DNA from: Chromera velia
Lineage: Eukaryota
Reading direction: 5' to 3'
Length of the DNA stretch: 52,573 bases
Assembly (NCBI GenBank): GCA_018398765.1
Contig: JAHBMJ010000256.1
Coordinates: 1-52,573, forward strand
In this document: positions 49,274 through 52,573 of the stretch, one piece after another
Layout of the letters: each line of letters opens with the position of its first letter
Numbering within the stretch: the first letter of the stretch is position 1
The notes under the pieces: generated by a model
The model's database searches: none
Seen by the model: the letters and a program-made list of their open reading frames with translations, nothing else
Told to the model about the DNA's origin: nothing
Made by a program: the position numbers and the translations under genes

Positions 49274-49956
49274 ATACCTGTGGTGTGGGTTGTGTGTTTT
49301 GGCTGCGTGTGCATCTAGAGAGGCCTTTCAACGTTCGCTGCCAATTGGAAGCTGATGTATCGGCCGTTGTTCTTGTTTGCTCCCATGGATTTGGGACCCG
49401 CTTTTGTCCGCGGCTTGTATTCTGACTGTCATTCTGCGCTCTGCATCACCTGACTGACCTGTTGCAGGCACACTCGAATTTATTCGTGGTGGTCCAGAGC
49501 TCAGACGAGGAAGGGGAAGGATCGGCGGGGCGGGGGGTGCTTGACGTGGAGGAACGCGCATTCTTCCGCACCGATGCAGACCGAGTACCACTCTTTGAGG
49601 CCTCACACGGTGTCAGTTAGATAGCTAGTCAATGAGTCATCAGTCAGTCAGTCAGACAGTCAGTCAGTCAGTCAGTCAGTCAGTAAATCTGCCTGCCAGG
49701 TCACTTACTGATACACGTGCACTCGCGATCTGAACAATTCACCTGGACTCGAGAAAAAAGGGAGCGAAGAAATTCTTAAGAGTCTTGCGTGTCGAAGAAC
49801 TTAGAGCACAAGGTGTGTTGGTCTGCCTGCAGTGTGGGTCTCAGAAAGAAAGAATGAAGGGAAGGAAGGAACGGAAGAAAGAAGAAAGAAAGCGAGGAAC
49901 AGAGAAAAGAAGAAAGAAAGGAAGGAAGGAAGGAAGGAAGGAAGAAGGAAGGAAGG

Positions 49957-50054
<98 letters not shown>

Positions 50055-50765
50055 AAGACAGAAAGAAAGAAAGAAAGAAAGAAAGAAATAAGGAAAAAAA
50101 GAAAGGAACGAAGGTCATTTTGGACGGATAGAAAGAAGGCAAGAAGGTCCCACGAGGGCCAGATGGAAGCAAAAGAGGAGAAGCTTGAAAGCTGGAAGGT
50201 TGAGGAGGAAGGGAAAAAGGTCTCCGAAAGCACAGGAAGACTTCAAGTGGCCGGTTCAAAAAAGGAAGCTAGAGGGATCCGGAATTCCAGTCTGAGGGAA
50301 TGGAAACACAGATAGATGACAGGTAGTGTAGAATGAGAGAATTCCTGTCTTATGATCTCTCAAAGGGGTAGAGATATTTCCGTCTGCCTCACTTTTTCTT
50401 TCTATGCATCCGTCTGCCTCTCTGTGTGGCTCCTGTTTTCCTTCCCCTATTTCTCGATGTGTTGACATCTTTTGCCTCCCTTCCAGTTGCGTGTTCCTTT
50501 CGGAAGGGCACCAGAAGAGGCCATCGAGGCGGCAAGGGGGGCGGTCAGTGGGCCTTACGGAGCCTTGTACGAATTTCGTCTGAAGGCCAGGTTGAGAAGC
50601 CCCCCTACAGACATGAAAATTTTTGAAGAGCCTGTAGAATTCAACTTGTGTCAGTCAGTCCACACGATGGATGGCATTGGTTGCCTTTGTTGGTGTGTCT
50701 TCAATTGATTGAAAGCCATCGTTCTTTGTTTGTTTGTTTGTTTGTTTCTTTCTTTCTTTCTTTCT

Positions 50766-50802
<37 letters not shown>

Positions 50803-51279
50803 CCGTTCTTTCTTTCTTTCTTTCTTTCTCTCTTTCTATCTTCCACGCTTCCTTCTTCGTCCCCCCCCGCCCTACCATCTGTCCTTGCCATCTCCTGTCT
50901 CTGCTCATCGTCCTGATAGTGACTTCGTTGTCCTGGTCACCTGCACCAATGGAATTGGAGAGTGGCGGGGAAGAAGAGTGACTGAATTGACCTCGCCTCT
51001 GTTCTTGCAGCGCTGACTGCGATGCCTTGGGGCATTCACCGAGCTGCCTTCTTCCTCTTGTTTCCCATTCTATTCGTCCTGTGGATATCGTACCTCTCGT
51101 GGAAAGCTGTCAAGGGACCGACAAAGGTGTATTTCCCGCCCTCAGGAGAAGAAAGCGGGAAAGTGAAGACAGTGGGCGGTCTTGAAGCCTCTATGAGAGC
51201 ACCGGCAGCAGGAAATCCGAGTCGGGGATGGTTAGACGACATTTCTTCTTGGGTCGATAGGACATGCGTGAGTGACTAA
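47882..51279 (+). CDS. ~256-aa type I membrane protein, Pga1-like (GPI mannosyltransferase II co-activator-like; tentative)
   Basis: Exons 47882-47932, 48018-48078, 48832-48914, 49468-49611, 50487-50649, 51011-51279(TAA); 771 nt, phase-consistent. Signal peptide MRADPFRILFTSAFFNAVQG. Motifs TYLIDADKLLPNQEYEIKPSW, RGVLDVEERAFF and PVEFNLSLTAMPWGI precede a TM helix AAFFLLFPILFVLWISYLSW. The gene model is firm; the family call rests on recalled motif resemblance only. Confidence 0.6.
48232..48808. repeat. (TTCA)n grading into (TTCG)n microsatellite, intronic
   Basis: Direct reading. Confidence 0.97.
49079..49270. repeat. (TC)n/(TG)n with 12-bp gtgtgtgtgtag units, intronic
   Basis: Direct reading. 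Confidence 0.9.
49843..50106. repeat. Purine-rich (GAAG)n/(GA)n/(GAAA)n microsatellite, intronic
   Basis: Direct reading. Confidence 0.9.
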
Positions 51280-51397
51280 AAGATAACGGCACATGCGTAT
51301 CCGTCAATGAACTTAAACGAACTACTCACATATGTTGCTCTTCACCCTTCTGTCTTCCCCATATTTTTATTCCACGAAATTTTTCTATAAAAGTTCC

Positions 51398-51413
51398 TTC
51401 TCCCTCCCTCCCT

Positions 51414-51509
<96 letters not shown>

Positions 51510-51650
51510 CCTCTCTCTCTCTTTGTATCAGTGTGAGTGCGTGCGTGCGTGCGTGCGTGTATGTGTGTGTCTGAAAATGAGAGAGAAAGAGTCTTTCAGA
51601 GAGAGAGAGAGAGAGAACGAGAACGAGAAAGAGAAAGAGAAAGAGAGATC
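51398..51650. repeat. Compound (TC)n/(TG)n/(GCGT)n/(GA)n microsatellites
   Basis: Direct reading; downstream of the stop at 51279. Confidence 0.9.
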
Positions 51651-52298
51651 AGAGAGACAAAGGCACCTCTGCCAGAGTATAGGATTGATTCTTTAATCTT
51701 AGGACGGACCATCTGACCAGCGAAGCATGTCTTTCAAAGATTTTATTGTCCTTCACGAGAAATGCTCAGAAATCCTTTGCTGTGGATGTTTATAGATGCT
51801 TAGTCAGAACAGTAAAATTGAGTAAATGTACATTGATATGTTCCTGTGCAGGTTGTAACATAACAGCTAGCACGTTATAGCTAGCATGGTTATTATGACT
51901 GTTTATAATGTAGTGTTACTATATTATTAATTACTATAAGATTCTTAAACGTATATGATGATTTCTGTGTCAGCATACACTGACACCTAATTTGATCTCC
52001 TAATTCTTGGAGAAAAAACTTTCACTTATAATTTACGCTTCAAAAGTTATAATTGTGAATTTAGTAGAATCAAGTGCTAGATCAAGTAGAATCTATAGAT
52101 AGCATAGCCGTAGCGTTGTGAAGGTCTGACAAGCAGTTGTGTTAGGATGAAATGAAGTACGAGCGCATAACGTGCGTAGGGCGCATACCCTGGACATTAA
52201 TTTGTGTGCATTTTTATAAAAAATAAATTATAGATGCATTCAACTTTAAAGAAATCTAGTCCTGAAGAAAATTTACTTTTCAAATCATTTACTGTCAT

Positions 52299-52573
52299 TT
52301 AACATTGACATGAAACTTTTCTTTCCTTGCAATTTGTGACACAAAGTCTGATTTCTCTGTTCTCTCCCTGGGTGCACCGCTCATCTCCAAAGCAAGGGGG
52401 GTGTGCGGGGTTTGCACGACAGATTTCACACTGCGTGACAGGGCGATGAGCCGGCCTGGAAGGTTCAGTCTCAGCGGAAGGAAGCATTCTGTTGCATCTC
52501 CGGACTCCCCCGCAGACTCTAAGGGGGCCTTCGCATTTAAAACACAAGGCTTTTACGTGCAACCATAAGAGTT
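52299..52573 (-). CDS. Possible 3' end of a Cys-rich coding sequence entering from the right edge
   Basis: Open frame with spaced cysteines ends at TAA 52299, next to an AT-rich island as other gene ends are. No family recognised. Confidence 0.25.
   Translation of the reverse strand, partial: LLWLHVKALCFKCEGPLRVCGGVRRCNRMLPSAETEPSRPAHRPVTQCEICRANPAHPPCFGDERCTQGENREIRLCVTNCKERKVSCQC

Noticed and set aside
49843..50106. A rule that intronic microsatellites are always pyrimidine-rich on the sense strand
   Set aside because: It holds for several introns, but this purine-rich sense-strand tract and the one near 15430 contradict it.

Overview
This is eukaryotic, intron-rich genomic DNA. The style suggests a chromerid-type alveolate such as Chromera: GTCAGT/GTCGGT/GTGAGT donors, microsatellite-filled introns, TGCATGCA motifs and bipartite signal+transit presequences. 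That assignment is an inference, not a database result. Hand-splicing with phase checks gives seven genes. (1) The 3' part of a CPA1/NHX-type Na+/H+ exchanger with a long Arg/Gly/Tyr-rich tail (+, <94-3153). (2) A low-complexity hypothetical gene broken by three homopolymer frameshifts (-, ~4142-9528). (3) A 13-exon hypothetical gene (-, 11463-17659). (4) A 26-exon, ~2998-aa surface receptor (+, 18550-35234): signal peptide, five ~200-aa discoidin/F5-8C-like modules, 13 calcium-binding-type EGF repeats, a GAIN/GPS-like region and five polycystin-1-like TM helices without a channel part. (5) A YFH7-like P-loop kinase (-, 37108-41452). (6) A catalytically dead M16-peptidase-like protein (-, 42282-46912). 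Genes 5 and 6 have apparent bipartite plastid-targeting leaders. (7) A small type I membrane protein resembling Pga1 (+, 47882-51279). Most gene boundaries carry AT-rich, TpA/TAG-rich islands; one holds a 98-bp hAT-type MITE with an 8-bp TSD nested inside another inverted repeat. Most ORFs in the supplied track are microsatellite or antisense artefacts. No rRNA, tRNA or CRISPR features were seen.
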